A DNA stretch of 64,000 nt from an uncultured delta proteobacterium (GTDB taxonomy: Bacteria > Myxococcota > Myxococcia > Myxococcales > Myxococcaceae). The stretch's first letter is position 1; each line of letters opens with the position of its first letter. The position numbers and the translations under genes were made by a program. Below the pieces are notes generated by a model. It saw only the letters and a program-made list of their open reading frames with translations. It was not told the DNA's origin and searched no databases. The stretch is taken from positions 1 to 64,000 of the forward strand of contig CAVUXN010000004.1 in the NCBI GenBank assembly GCA_963745475.1, written 5' to 3'. Shown in pieces: positions 49,986-58,887 of the stretch.

Positions 49986-50909
49986 TTAGCACACTCCGGG
50001 CCGCGACTGACCGAGCTTTGGGCGCAGAGGGCCGGTGGCCAGCGAGCGAAACTCCGTCATCGCCGGGCTCGGACGTCTGCCCTTCACCTGAATCCAGGTG
50101 AGTGTTCGCCGCAGGACGAGGTCCTCGATGGCGAGCGGGACGAGCTCCCCGCGCAGCAGCTCCCCCTCCACCGCCATGCGGGACAGAATGGTGACGCCCA
50201 CCCCCGCCGCGGCGAGCTGCTTGATGACTTCGTTCTCGCTAATCTCAAAGAGGCGCGTGGGCACCAGGCCCCGGTTGCGCAGCGCAGCGAGGATGATGTC
50301 CCGCGTCCCCGCGCCCTCCTCGCGGATGAGGAACAGCTCCTGAAAGACGCGCGCCGCCCTGAGCCGCCGCACCTGCGCCAGCGGGTGCCCTGGAGCCACT
50401 ACCGCCACCAACTCGTCCTCCATCCACGGTGACACCTCGACCCGGGTGTGACTCACCGGGCCTTCGACAATGCCGAGCTCGATGCGGTTGGCCAAGAGCG
50501 CGTCCAAGACGCTTCGGGTGTTGAGAGCGACCAGGGTGAGCTCAATGGCCGGATGCCGGGCGTGAAACGAGCCGAGAATGCGGGGAAGGAAATAGCTGGC
50601 CACGGTGAGACTGGACCCGAGCCGCAGCGAGCCCTCGGTGAGGCCCCGGCGCGCGGCCAAGGCCTCCTCGGCCGCGCTCTCCTCGCCGAATAGCACTTGG
50701 GCGTGCCCGAGAAGCACCCGTCCCTCCTCGGTCAGCGTCACCCCCTTGGCGGTCCGCACCAACAGCTGTGCGCCGAGGTCCGCCTCGAGCTGTCGAACCG
50801 CCTTGGAAACGGCGGGCTGACTGACGCGCAGGAGTCGTCCGCCGGCGGTGAAACCGCCGCGCTCGGCGACCGCAGTGAAGAGGCGCAAGGAGTTGAGATT
50901 GATGGCCAT
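49986..50909 (-). CDS. LysR family regulator (CysL/YeiE-like)
   Basis: HTH 'FTAGGRLLRVSQPAVSKAVRQLE', LGIVEG, IREEGAGTR. Confidence 0.92.
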   Translation of the reverse strand: MAINLNSLRLFTAVAERGGFTAGGRLLRVSQPAVSKAVRQLEADLGAQLLVRTAKGVTLTEEGRVLLGHAQVLFGEESAAEEALAARRGLTEGSLRLGSSLTVASYFLPRILGSFHARHPAIELTLVALNTRSVLDALLANRIELGIVEGPVSHTRVEVSPWMEDELVAVVAPGHPLAQVRRLRAARVFQELFLIREEGAGTRDIILAALRNRGLVPTRLFEISENEVIKQLAAAGVGVTILSRMAVEGELLRGELVPLAIEDLVLRRTLTWIQVKGRRPSPAMTEFRSLATGPLRPKLGQSRPGVC

Positions 50910-50940
50910 AACCAATGGCTATTCTAACAGGCTATAGAAT
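50908..50940. promoter_or_regulatory. LysR-type T-N11-A box ATAACC-AAT-GGCTAT plus a second dyad ATTCTA-N8-TAGAAT
   Basis: T50909-N11-A50921 dyad overlapping the lysR start. Confidence 0.6.
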
Positions 50941-51376
50941 GTCTTGGTGATCTCCCTGCCCCCGGAGCACGTTGCCCACCAGAGCGGCGCACGAGGCCGC
51001 CCACTTCAAAGCGAGGCAACACATGTACCGGTTTGATGACAAGAGGCGGCGGCGGCTGTTGGAAGATGCCTTGGTGGCGGACCTCCTCGACGGGGCGTCC
51101 ATCGACGGCTCGACGGCACAAGCGTCCGAGACCGCGGGACGCGTTTCCGCGACAACGGCGGCTGCCAACCGGGCGGGCGGCGTCCCGTCCCACAAGTCCA
51201 AGGCCTAGTCTCCGAAGGCGCGGCTCCTGCCTCCTCCGGAGCCGTAAAGGCGCTCCAAGAGGAGGCCGACGCGCCGTGCGCAAGAGGTGGCCGGTGCTGG
51301 AGATTCCCATTGCCACGCCGCCGCGGATGCTCTCTTCTGCCCAGCGTCACCAGCATTTCCCTCGGGGGAGGGCATC

Positions 51377-51715
51377 ATGAAGACCGGGTTAGGGTGTCTG
51401 GGGTTGCTCGTCCTCGCGGCCTGCGCCAGCACGAGCTCGCAGCTCGCCTCCGGAGCGCCGCTCGCGACGGAGACGGCTCTCAACAGAGGCCGCTTCGACA
51501 TGGGCTGCCCCACCGCAACCGCCGAGGTGCTGTCCAGCGACTACATCCAGCCGGTGGTGGCTGGCCCCTGGGTGGGCGAAGGCGTGACGCGACTCGAGTA
51601 CACGGTGGGCGTCCTGGGCTGTAACAAAAAACAAGTGTACGTCGTCATCTGCCAGGAGGGGTCGAACAGCTGCTTTGCGACGCCCTCGCACGGCACCACG
51701 CCGCAGACGCAGTAG
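51377..51715 (+). CDS. Small lipoprotein with 4 mature Cys
   Basis: GGAGGG RBS; lipobox LAAC; RFDMGCP..GVLGC..YVVIC..C. Confidence 0.75.
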   Translation: MKTGLGCLGLLVLAACASTSSQLASGAPLATETALNRGRFDMGCPTATAEVLSSDYIQPVVAGPWVGEGVTRLEYTVGVLGCNKKQVYVVICQEGSNSCFATPSHGTTPQTQ

Positions 51716-51763
51716 CCCCGGGGACTCGGAGGCTGCTGTCCACGGACACACCCTCACTTGAGA

Positions 51764-52777
51764 ATGGCCATGCGCGTCTACGCCAGCTTTCTTGCGATGC
51801 TGATGGGAGCACCGGCGTTTGCGCAAGCGGACGCCGGGAGCGTGCCGACCCTCAGCGTCCATCTCCTTCCCCTTCTGCCTTCGGCCCCGGGGCGAATTGG
51901 AATGGACTACCTGGGGTACGAGCCAGGCACCAACCAAGTCTGGGCCCCGGGTGCAAACACCGGACGGGCATTCGTCGTCGACGGTAACAGCGAAGCCGTT
52001 CGGACGGTGGAAGGCTTTCCCACGCGTGAACAAAACGGCCGAGTGTTGGGGCCAACGTCGGTGACGTTTGGCCCGGGGCGCGCCTTCATCGGCAACCGCT
52101 CGGACAACTCGGTGTGCGAGGTGGATTTGCAAACCCTGAAGCGTGGCGCGTGCGCCACGCTCCCCGACATGCCGGATGGGTTGGCCTATGTCGCCAGCAC
52201 CAGGGAGGTGTGGGCCACCACGCCGCGCTCGAAGTCGCTGGTCGTCCTGTCGACTGACAAGGGCCTCACCACCACCGCCCGCATCCCGCTCGACGGCGAG
52301 CCGGAAGGCTATGCCGTCGACGCAAGCGCCGGGCGCTTCTACACCAACCTCGAAGACAAAAACGAAACCCTGGCCATCGACGTGCGCTCCCGCACCGTGT
52401 CCGGCCGCTGGCCAACCGGGTGCAACGCGGACGGACCCCGCGGCTTAGCGCTCGACAGCCACTCGGGCGTCCTCGTGGTGGCCTGCACCGACCGCCTGGT
52501 GTCCTTCGTCCTCGCACCCAAGCCACAGCCGCGTGGCGCGCTTCTGACGGGTGTGGGCGTGGACAACATCGACCTTGCGCCGACGTCCGGCACCGTCTTC
52601 GCCGCCGCCGGCAAGGCCCAGCTGCTGACGCGCGGGCGGCTGGCACAGGACGGGACGTTGAGTCTCACTGGGCAGGCCCACATTTCCCAAGGGGTGCGGG
52701 TGGTGGTGGTGACTGCCGGCGGCAAGGCCTTCGCCGCTGACGGGGCGCAAGGCGCCCTGTGGGTCACCTCTCCGTAA
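51764..52777 (+). CDS. Exported YncE-like beta-propeller protein
   Basis: Signal AFA; repeats PDGLAY, PEGYAVD, PRGLALD, VDNID. Confidence 0.8.
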   Translation: MAMRVYASFLAMLMGAPAFAQADAGSVPTLSVHLLPLLPSAPGRIGMDYLGYEPGTNQVWAPGANTGRAFVVDGNSEAVRTVEGFPTREQNGRVLGPTSVTFGPGRAFIGNRSDNSVCEVDLQTLKRGACATLPDMPDGLAYVASTREVWATTPRSKSLVVLSTDKGLTTTARIPLDGEPEGYAVDASAGRFYTNLEDKNETLAIDVRSRTVSGRWPTGCNADGPRGLALDSHSGVLVVACTDRLVSFVLAPKPQPRGALLTGVGVDNIDLAPTSGTVFAAAGKAQLLTRGRLAQDGTLSLTGQAHISQGVRVVVVTAGGKAFAADGAQGALWVTSP

Positions 52778-52821
52778 CCTGCGGGCGTTGCGAGGCTTCT
52801 GCTTCGGGTTGGACAGACGTA

Positions 52822-52842
52822 TCACTTTGTGTCACAAAGTGA
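52822..52842. promoter_or_regulatory. Perfect inverted repeat TCACTTTGTG-T-CACAAAGTGA, putative operator
   Basis: 10-bp perfect arms, AT-rich, ending 3 nt before the ATG of the RHH gene. Confidence 0.8.
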
Positions 52843-52845
52843 CGC

Positions 52846-53151
52846 ATGCCCCCTGATGCCACCCATGGACGTACCAAGAAGGAGCGCGTCATCCACACCC
52901 GCGTTCCGGCCCTCCTGGAGGAGGAGTTGAAGCGTTTCGCTGAGGACCTTCGGGTCCCGGTTTCCAACCTCATCCGCACCATCCTCGAGGACGCGCTGGC
53001 CGCGGCGGACCAAGCCGGCGAGCGCGTCGAGCGCGGCCTCAGAGCCGGGGCCGCGCGCCTCGCCCACGGACGCGACAACCTTCGGCGGACGCTCGAGGGC
53101 CGGCTTCCATCGGACGCAGTGCGTCCGGCCAGGAAGGACCGCCGCCCATGA
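52846..53151 (+). CDS. Ribbon-helix-helix DNA-binding protein
   Basis: Strand VIHTRV, helix PALLEEELKRFAEDL, helix VSNLIRTILEDAL. Confidence 0.7.
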   Translation: MPPDATHGRTKKERVIHTRVPALLEEELKRFAEDLRVPVSNLIRTILEDALAAADQAGERVERGLRAGAARLAHGRDNLRRTLEGRLPSDAVRPARKDRRP

Positions 53152-53921
53152 CGGCCATCCTCGCGCTCTTCGTTGCGCACTGGACGTTCTCCATCTTCGC
53201 CCAGACGTTTTTTCTGCACCGCTACGGCGCCCACCGAATGTTCACCATGAGCCCGTTTTGGGAGCGCTTCTTCTACCTCTTCGCCTTCGTCGCCCAGGGG
53301 CCCTCTTTCCTCGTGCCCCGGGCCTACGCCATTCTCCACCGCCAGCACCACACCTTCGCGGACACGGAGCAGGACCCGCACTCGCCCCGCTTCTTTTCCA
53401 ACGTCGCCACCATGATGTGGCACACCAAGCACCAATACGACGTCTACGCCTACAAGCGGGGGGAGCCGGAGGCGCGCTTCCTGGGTGGAACACCGGAGTG
53501 GCCCTTCATCGACCGCCTCTCGCAGCGCTGGGCGACGCGCATCACTTTTTCGCTGCTCTTCGTCCTCTTCTACGTCCACTTCGCCCCCTCTTTGTGGTGG
53601 TTCCTGCTTTTGCCCGTCCACTGGACGATGGGCCCCATCCATGGCGCCATCGTCAACTGGTGCGGTCACAAGTATGGCTATAGGAATTTCGCCACCGACG
53701 ACCAGAGCAAGAACAGCCTGCGGCTCGAATTCGTCACCTTCGGCGAGCTCTTCCAGAACAACCACCACCAGTACCCCACCCGCCCCAATTTCGCCGTCCG
53801 CTGGTTCGAGCTCGACCCGGCCTACCAGGTGATGCGACTTCTGGCCTGGCTCGGCGTCATAGACTTCGTCCGCGCTGCGCGCGACGCCGCGCCTTCCCCC
53901 GACGCGGTGCTCGCCCGGTGA
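53148..53921 (+). CDS. Membrane fatty acid (acyl-CoA-type) desaturase
   Basis: His boxes HRYGAH, HRQHH..DTEQDPHSP and QNNHH; ATGA overlap. Confidence 0.92.
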   Translation: MTAILALFVAHWTFSIFAQTFFLHRYGAHRMFTMSPFWERFFYLFAFVAQGPSFLVPRAYAILHRQHHTFADTEQDPHSPRFFSNVATMMWHTKHQYDVYAYKRGEPEARFLGGTPEWPFIDRLSQRWATRITFSLLFVLFYVHFAPSLWWFLLLPVHWTMGPIHGAIVNWCGHKYGYRNFATDDQSKNSLRLEFVTFGELFQNNHHQYPTRPNFAVRWFELDPAYQVMRLLAWLGVIDFVRAARDAAPSPDAVLAR

Positions 53922-54643
53922 CACGAGACTTCCCCGCCTCGCAGCGGCCTGCCTCCCAGCTGGTCGCACGCGAGGTGGCGGCGCTGGCCCTCTTCTCGCT
54001 CCTGCACCCGTTGGGCTGGCGCGCCCAGCATCGGCGGACGCCGCGCTTGGCCGACCAGCGAACGGTGGTGCTGGTGCACGGCTACGGCGGCAATCGCACC
54101 ACCTTCCTCCCCTTGCGGGCCTACCTGCGCGTCCATGGAATCCGCCAAATTCTCGCCTTTGACTACCGCGCCAGCGCGGGCATCGAGCACGCCGCCCGGG
54201 GCCTTCGGGACTACCTGCGCCGCTCGGTGCGTGGGGGCCGCGTGGACTTGGTGTGCCACAGCCTCGGGGGCCTGGTCGCTCGGGTGTACCTCGAGCAGCT
54301 CGGGGGAGCCCGCCGCGTGGACCGCTGCATCACCCTCGGGACGCCGCACCGGGGGACGTACAACGCCTACTGGCTGGCCTCCCGGGTGGGCCGAGAGTTG
54401 CGCCCGGATTCGGCGGTACTGGAACGGCTGGCAGCCTCCGGCGCCCACGCCAACCGCGTCCGCTACACCTCCATCGTCGCGGGTTCGGACAACATCGTCA
54501 TTCCCCGTGTCTTCGCCGCCGAGGGCGACCTGGTACACGTCCCGGATGTGGGGCACCTGGGCATGCTTTTCTCACCGGGTGTGTTTCACGCCGTCCTCGA
54601 CCGGTTACTTCCGAGTGCACCCCCGGTGACACCCGCGTTATAG
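53918..54643 (+). CDS. Alpha/beta hydrolase (lipase-like)
   Basis: VLVHGY, CHSLGG nucleophile elbow, LGTPHRGT, D, GH; GTGA overlap. Confidence 0.88.
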   Translation: MTRDFPASQRPASQLVAREVAALALFSLLHPLGWRAQHRRTPRLADQRTVVLVHGYGGNRTTFLPLRAYLRVHGIRQILAFDYRASAGIEHAARGLRDYLRRSVRGGRVDLVCHSLGGLVARVYLEQLGGARRVDRCITLGTPHRGTYNAYWLASRVGRELRPDSAVLERLAASGAHANRVRYTSIVAGSDNIVIPRVFAAEGDLVHVPDVGHLGMLFSPGVFHAVLDRLLPSAPPVTPAL

Positions 54644-54692
54644 CTGCACCCGGGGCTGGACGAAGCAACCCCTCTCTGGGAAGGTCCGCAGC

Positions 54693-55628
54693 GTGCTGCG
54701 CCACAAAGCCGACCGCCGCACCCTCGGGATTCTCACCTCCTACGCGGTGCTTTTCATCTCGGCTTGGGTGGTGAATCCGTCGGGCTGGCTCCTCGGGGCC
54801 TGGGTGGCGGTTCTGTGTGCCAACGCCTGGCTGTGCGCGGTGGTGGCGCACAACACCGTCCACTGCCCCGTCTTCACCAAGCGGTGGATGAACCGAGTGT
54901 TTCAGGTGTGGGTGAGCCTCTCCTACGGTTTCCCCATCAGCGAGTACATCCCCGGCCACAACCTCTCCCACCACCGCTACACGCAAATGCGTGAGGACGT
55001 GATGCGCACCAGCAAGGTGCGCTTCCGGTGGAACCTCCTCAACCTCCTCTTCTTTTTCCCGGCCGTAACGCCCGCCATCCTGCGGGGGAATGCCCGCTTC
55101 AAGAAACTTCGGGGGGCCAAGGCCACCGCTTGGCGCCGTCAATTCCTCGCGGAGAGCGTGGTGGTGTGGGGCGTGAAGGTGGGGCTGCTTCTCCTCGACT
55201 GGCGCCGGGCGCTCCTGTTGATGGTGGTGCCCCACCTCTTCGCCAACTTCGGCATCGTCACCATCAACCTGCTGTGGCACGACGGCTGCGATGCCACACA
55301 CCCCGTCAACCACTCGCGCAACTTCGTCAGCCCGCTGCTGAATTTCCTCGGCGTCAACAACGGCTACCACGGCATGCACCACATGGAGCCGGGCTTGCAC
55401 TGGAGCCTTTTGCCGCAGGCGCACGCCGAGCAGGTCCGGCCTGGTCTTCACCCAGCACTGGAGCAGCCCTCGCTGCTGGCGTACGTCTTCCGCAGCTACA
55501 TCTACCCCGGGAAGCGCATTCGCTACGACGGGACGCCGCTGGTGGTGATGGACCTCGGCCCGGACCGCGACTGGGTGCAACCCAACGACGCGGACTTCTC
55601 CGGCGCGCCGTCCGAGGCGCCGGCCTGA
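54693..55628 (+). CDS. Second membrane fatty acid desaturase-family enzyme
   Basis: His boxes HNTVH, HNLSHH, NNGYHGMHH..PGLHW. Confidence 0.9.
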   Translation: MLRHKADRRTLGILTSYAVLFISAWVVNPSGWLLGAWVAVLCANAWLCAVVAHNTVHCPVFTKRWMNRVFQVWVSLSYGFPISEYIPGHNLSHHRYTQMREDVMRTSKVRFRWNLLNLLFFFPAVTPAILRGNARFKKLRGAKATAWRRQFLAESVVVWGVKVGLLLLDWRRALLLMVVPHLFANFGIVTINLLWHDGCDATHPVNHSRNFVSPLLNFLGVNNGYHGMHHMEPGLHWSLLPQAHAEQVRPGLHPALEQPSLLAYVFRSYIYPGKRIRYDGTPLVVMDLGPDRDWVQPNDADFSGAPSEAPA

Positions 55629-55630
55629 CG

Positions 55631-56044
55631 TCAGCCGTCGCTGTCCTGGAGCGCGACGCTGGCCGCCTCCAGCTTTTGGGCGAGCAGGCTGAGGTCGATG
55701 GGCTTTCCGAGTCGACCGATGACCAGTCGGTGGTTGGGGGCTACTTTGCCAAGCACCGGGTAGGCCGAAACGAGGATGAAGCGGAGCCGGTCCGCGTCCT
55801 CTCGAAGCGCAAGCTGGTGCAGCAGCTCCGGTCCATTCGTCCCTGGCATCATCAAATCCAGGATGACGACGAGCGGCGGTCCGAGCTGCTCGACGAGCGA
55901 CTCGGCGTCCTGGGCATTTTCTGCAGTGATGACGGTGTGGCCACGGCGCGCGAGCTCGTTGCGCAGGTGAGCCCGGAAGAAGGGCTGGTCATCCACCACC
56001 AGCACGACAGGCCCCTGTGCATTTGCCGTTGCCGCCGCATGCAT
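55631..56044 (-). CDS. Single-domain response regulator
   Basis: VLVVDD, ILDLMMP, VSA, KP. Confidence 0.88.
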   Translation of the reverse strand: MHAAATANAQGPVVLVVDDQPFFRAHLRNELARRGHTVITAENAQDAESLVEQLGPPLVVILDLMMPGTNGPELLHQLALREDADRLRFILVSAYPVLGKVAPNHRLVIGRLGKPIDLSLLAQKLEAASVALQDSDG

Positions 56045-56200
56045 GCGCTGGACGTTCTGCCATTGTGTGCACCCACCCTGAAAGTGGGTGCCGCTGGACA
56101 CCGCAACGCCCAAGTCAGGCGGGACGGGACCCAGAGGCGGGCCAAGGTCCATGTTTCGCAAACGCCATTCGAGCGCTCTCCCGAGGCGCACTTTCGAGGC

Positions 56201-56650
56201 ATGCTTCGAGCGCTCGTTCGGCGGAGGGGACAGGTGGCCATTTCGCGTTGGCTGGCAGCCGTCATGGGGGGAGTCCTCGCAGCCGGCTGCGTCACGAGCT
56301 CCGCCTCAGTCGCTCCCCCGGCGGTGACGGGGACGCTGGGGACGGTGGGCGGCTTCGTCCTCGCCCCTGGAAGCCAGGTGGAGGTGACGCTGGCTGACGT
56401 CTCGCGCGCGGACGCCCCAGCGGTGGTGTTGGCCCAGGAGTCGGTGCCGATTACCGGCGCCTACTGGCTTTCCTTCTCCCTCCCCTACTCCCCGGCGGAC
56501 ATTCAGCCCAACCACACCTACGTGGTGTCAGCTCGGGTGAGGGACAAGGCCGGGCAGCTGCGCTACCTCAATCTCCAACCGTGCTTCGTCCTTACCCGCG
56601 GGGCGCCGAGCAACGTCCAGCTGCAGTTGGACTTGGCACAGCGGCCCTAG
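56201..56650 (+). CDS. YbaY-family lipoprotein
   Basis: Lipobox AAGC; VTLADVSRADAPA.VLA, FSLPY, YVVSAR; start uncertain. Confidence 0.82.
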   Translation: MLRALVRRRGQVAISRWLAAVMGGVLAAGCVTSSASVAPPAVTGTLGTVGGFVLAPGSQVEVTLADVSRADAPAVVLAQESVPITGAYWLSFSLPYSPADIQPNHTYVVSARVRDKAGQLRYLNLQPCFVLTRGAPSNVQLQLDLAQRP

Positions 56651-56673
56651 AGGCGTTTTCCGCGGCTGGCGCG

Positions 56674-56997
56674 CTAGCGAGCGCCGGGCACGAAAGGCTG
56701 TCGCCGCAGCGCCTCGGCAACACTGTCCAGCGTCAAGGCCGCCGGCGTTCCGGCAACGGGGGACGGGCCGCCAGGGGTGACGTTGTGGTGGCCCAGCACG
56801 TTGCGTAGGTCCTGCTCAAACTTCACATTCCCGGCCGCAATCTCGCGCAGCGCAGTGACGGTCGGCTTGTCGCGACCCGAAGGCACGGTACAGGTGGCCC
56901 CGGACAAAAGCTGCTTCGTCCGGCGCACGGCGAGAATGGACAGCGCGAAGCGGTTCTCCGCGTAGGGACCGCAGTCTTCGATTGTGACTCGCGCCAT
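56674..56997 (-). CDS. rpoZ: RNA polymerase omega subunit, probably a paralog
   Basis: MARVTIEDC...NRFAL....RRTKQL..G....DKPTVTALREIAAG. Confidence 0.9.
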   Translation of the reverse strand: MARVTIEDCGPYAENRFALSILAVRRTKQLLSGATCTVPSGRDKPTVTALREIAAGNVKFEQDLRNVLGHHNVTPGGPSPVAGTPAALTLDSVAEALRRQPFVPGAR

Positions 56998-57094
56998 AGA
57001 GAATGGGAGTAACACGCCCACTCGTGGGCAGCAAACTGTGAGGCCCTGGGGGCTGGTCACCGGAGCCGGCCAAGGCCACCTCGCACGCCTTTGG

Positions 57095-57520
57095 TCAGCG
57101 CTTTGAAGTCCGCTCCCGGTCGCCGAGTCTCGGACCCGACGGCGCACCTTTCACAAGAACTCGACGCATGAGCCGACGGGTGCACCACAGCAGCGCCGTC
57201 AGCGCGAGAAGGACCAGGACGGTCGTGCTCAACTCGCCAAAGGTCCGGACGGTGAGCATGGCGAGAATGCTCATCCCGCTCAACATTGCTGCGTACCAGA
57301 GGAAGAAAGTCAGGGCGACAAAGACAAGTCGAGCTCCGCGACGAGCATCCGCAGGAAGCTTCTTGCCGTAGTGCACCGCCACGAGGAGCGCGAACCCAAT
57401 CCACAGCGATGCGACGACGCTGACCAGAGCTGCAATCGTGCCGGAGGTGGAGATGGAGGTGTCCGCAAGCAGAGCGACTTGGCCCAGAGTGTACGCCTGC
57501 GGCGAGTTCTGGCGCAGCGG
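57095..57520 (-). pseudogene. Membrane protein fragment
   Basis: Hydrophobic helices (LVFVALTFFLWY, LVLLALTALLW); no clear start. Confidence 0.35.
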
Positions 57521-57699
57521 GCCGTCGGTCGCGACCCGAGCGCACGTTTTGTGGAATTCCGCCTTTTCTAACTTGCAGGCCCATCTGTCTCGCAGCCGAC
57601 GGGCAGGGTCTAAAGGGTAAACTGCGCGTCCCGTCCGGTGTCTTGCTTGCTCAGCGGCCGTTCTTCGGAGCGACGGACTGCCAGCAGGAGGAGCTTCCC

Positions 57700-58149
57700 A
57701 TGCGGCTGAATCTCGCGACCCTTGGAGCGTTGGCGCTGTTGTTGGCTTGCGGGAGCAGTGGCAGTGGGAGTGGTTCCCCGCCGACGGTGGTCTCGACCAG
57801 CCCTGCGAGCGGAGCCACCGGCGTTGCGTTAGCGGCCGTTGCGAAAGTCACTTTCAGCGCGGCAATGGACTGCTCGACGCTGACGTCGACAACCTTTGGC
57901 GAGTCTCTGAGCGGCGTCAACGTCACCGGAGGCGTCATCTGCAATGGGAGCTCTGCGACCTTCGCGCCGTCAGTTCTGTTGCAGCCCAGTGCCACCTACA
58001 CCGCCACGGGGCAAGCTGGGGGCAAGGACACCAACGGCAACGCGCTGGCGGCGAGTTACAGCTGGAGCTTCACCACCGCCGCTGGCACGAGCTCGCCGCC
58101 AACTGTCGTCTCCACCAGTCCGGTGAACGGCGCCACCGGGGTTCCGTAA
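57700..58149 (+). CDS. Ig-like (Big_5-type) lipoprotein ending at the start of a second repeat
   Basis: AGGAGG RBS, lipobox LLAC; PPTVVSTSP..GATGV..VTFS..M....Y......KD..GNALA..YSWSFTT, then PPTVVSTSPVNGATGVP*. Confidence 0.8.
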   Translation: MRLNLATLGALALLLACGSSGSGSGSPPTVVSTSPASGATGVALAAVAKVTFSAAMDCSTLTSTTFGESLSGVNVTGGVICNGSSATFAPSVLLQPSATYTATGQAGGKDTNGNALAASYSWSFTTAAGTSSPPTVVSTSPVNGATGVP

Positions 58150-58509
58150 AGCAGAGCACCCAGAACAACCGGCCATGACGTACGTCGAGTTCTTTTCTTT
58201 AGCGGCAGAGTGCACGCTACGCCTGCGAAAAAGGGCGGTTTAACTGCTGCTGCTGACCTCCGGGCGACTCCAGAGGCCAGCAGCGCTTTCTCGACTTCGG
58301 CGCATTAGGCCCTGGACGATTCCGGAGCCGCAGCTCGCTTCAAAGTCCTTGGACGTTCCGCGGCTTCTCGTTCGGCTTGCGCCGTGGACTCCGTCGGTCC
58401 CGCGCAGCCCCCGGCCCTGCGCGGACGTGCTGCACTTGCCCGAGACATGCCCTTGAGGCTGAAGTGTATGCGCTCAGTCTAGCCACTGGCGCGTGACGGG
58501 TTTGTTAGA

Positions 58510-58887
58510 ATGCACTTCATGCCTCCATTGGTTCTCGTTCGCGGCGCGATTGCTGCTGTGTGGCTTTACGAGGGTTTGTGGTGCAAGTTGCTGCGGCGGG
58601 CGCCGAACCAAAGGGACATCGTCGAGTCCGTGCCATTTTTTGGCCGCTCCCATGGGCGCCTTGTTCTCTCGGCCATCGGGTTGCTTGAGTGCGCACTCGC
58701 GGTCTGGGTCCTGTCTGGATGGGAGCCCGTCTGGGCTGCTGCGGTCCAGACTGGACTCCTCGTTGGGATGAATCTCAACGGGCTTTTCTTCGCACGAAGG
58801 CTCATCCACGACCCCGGGGGGATGCTGGTTAAGAATTTCGCCCTCGTCGTCCTGATGTGGGAGGCGGCCGCGCAGGGCAGTCGGTGA
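58510..58887 (+). CDS. DoxX-like membrane protein
   Basis: AAVWLYEGLWCKL, IGLLE, DPGGMLVKN; about 4 TM. Confidence 0.75.
   Translation: MHFMPPLVLVRGAIAAVWLYEGLWCKLLRRAPNQRDIVESVPFFGRSHGRLVLSAIGLLECALAVWVLSGWEPVWAAAVQTGLLVGMNLNGLFFARRLIHDPGGMLVKNFALVVLMWEAAAQGSR

Noticed and set aside
55028..56200. Apparent 540-aa fusion ending in YbaY
   Set aside because: It overlaps the desaturase and the antisense response regulator; only the last ~150 aa look real.
57635..57651. GG-N10-GC upstream of the Ig lipoprotein as a sigma54 promoter
   Set aside because: The -24 element (GGTGTC) matches poorly and could occur by chance.
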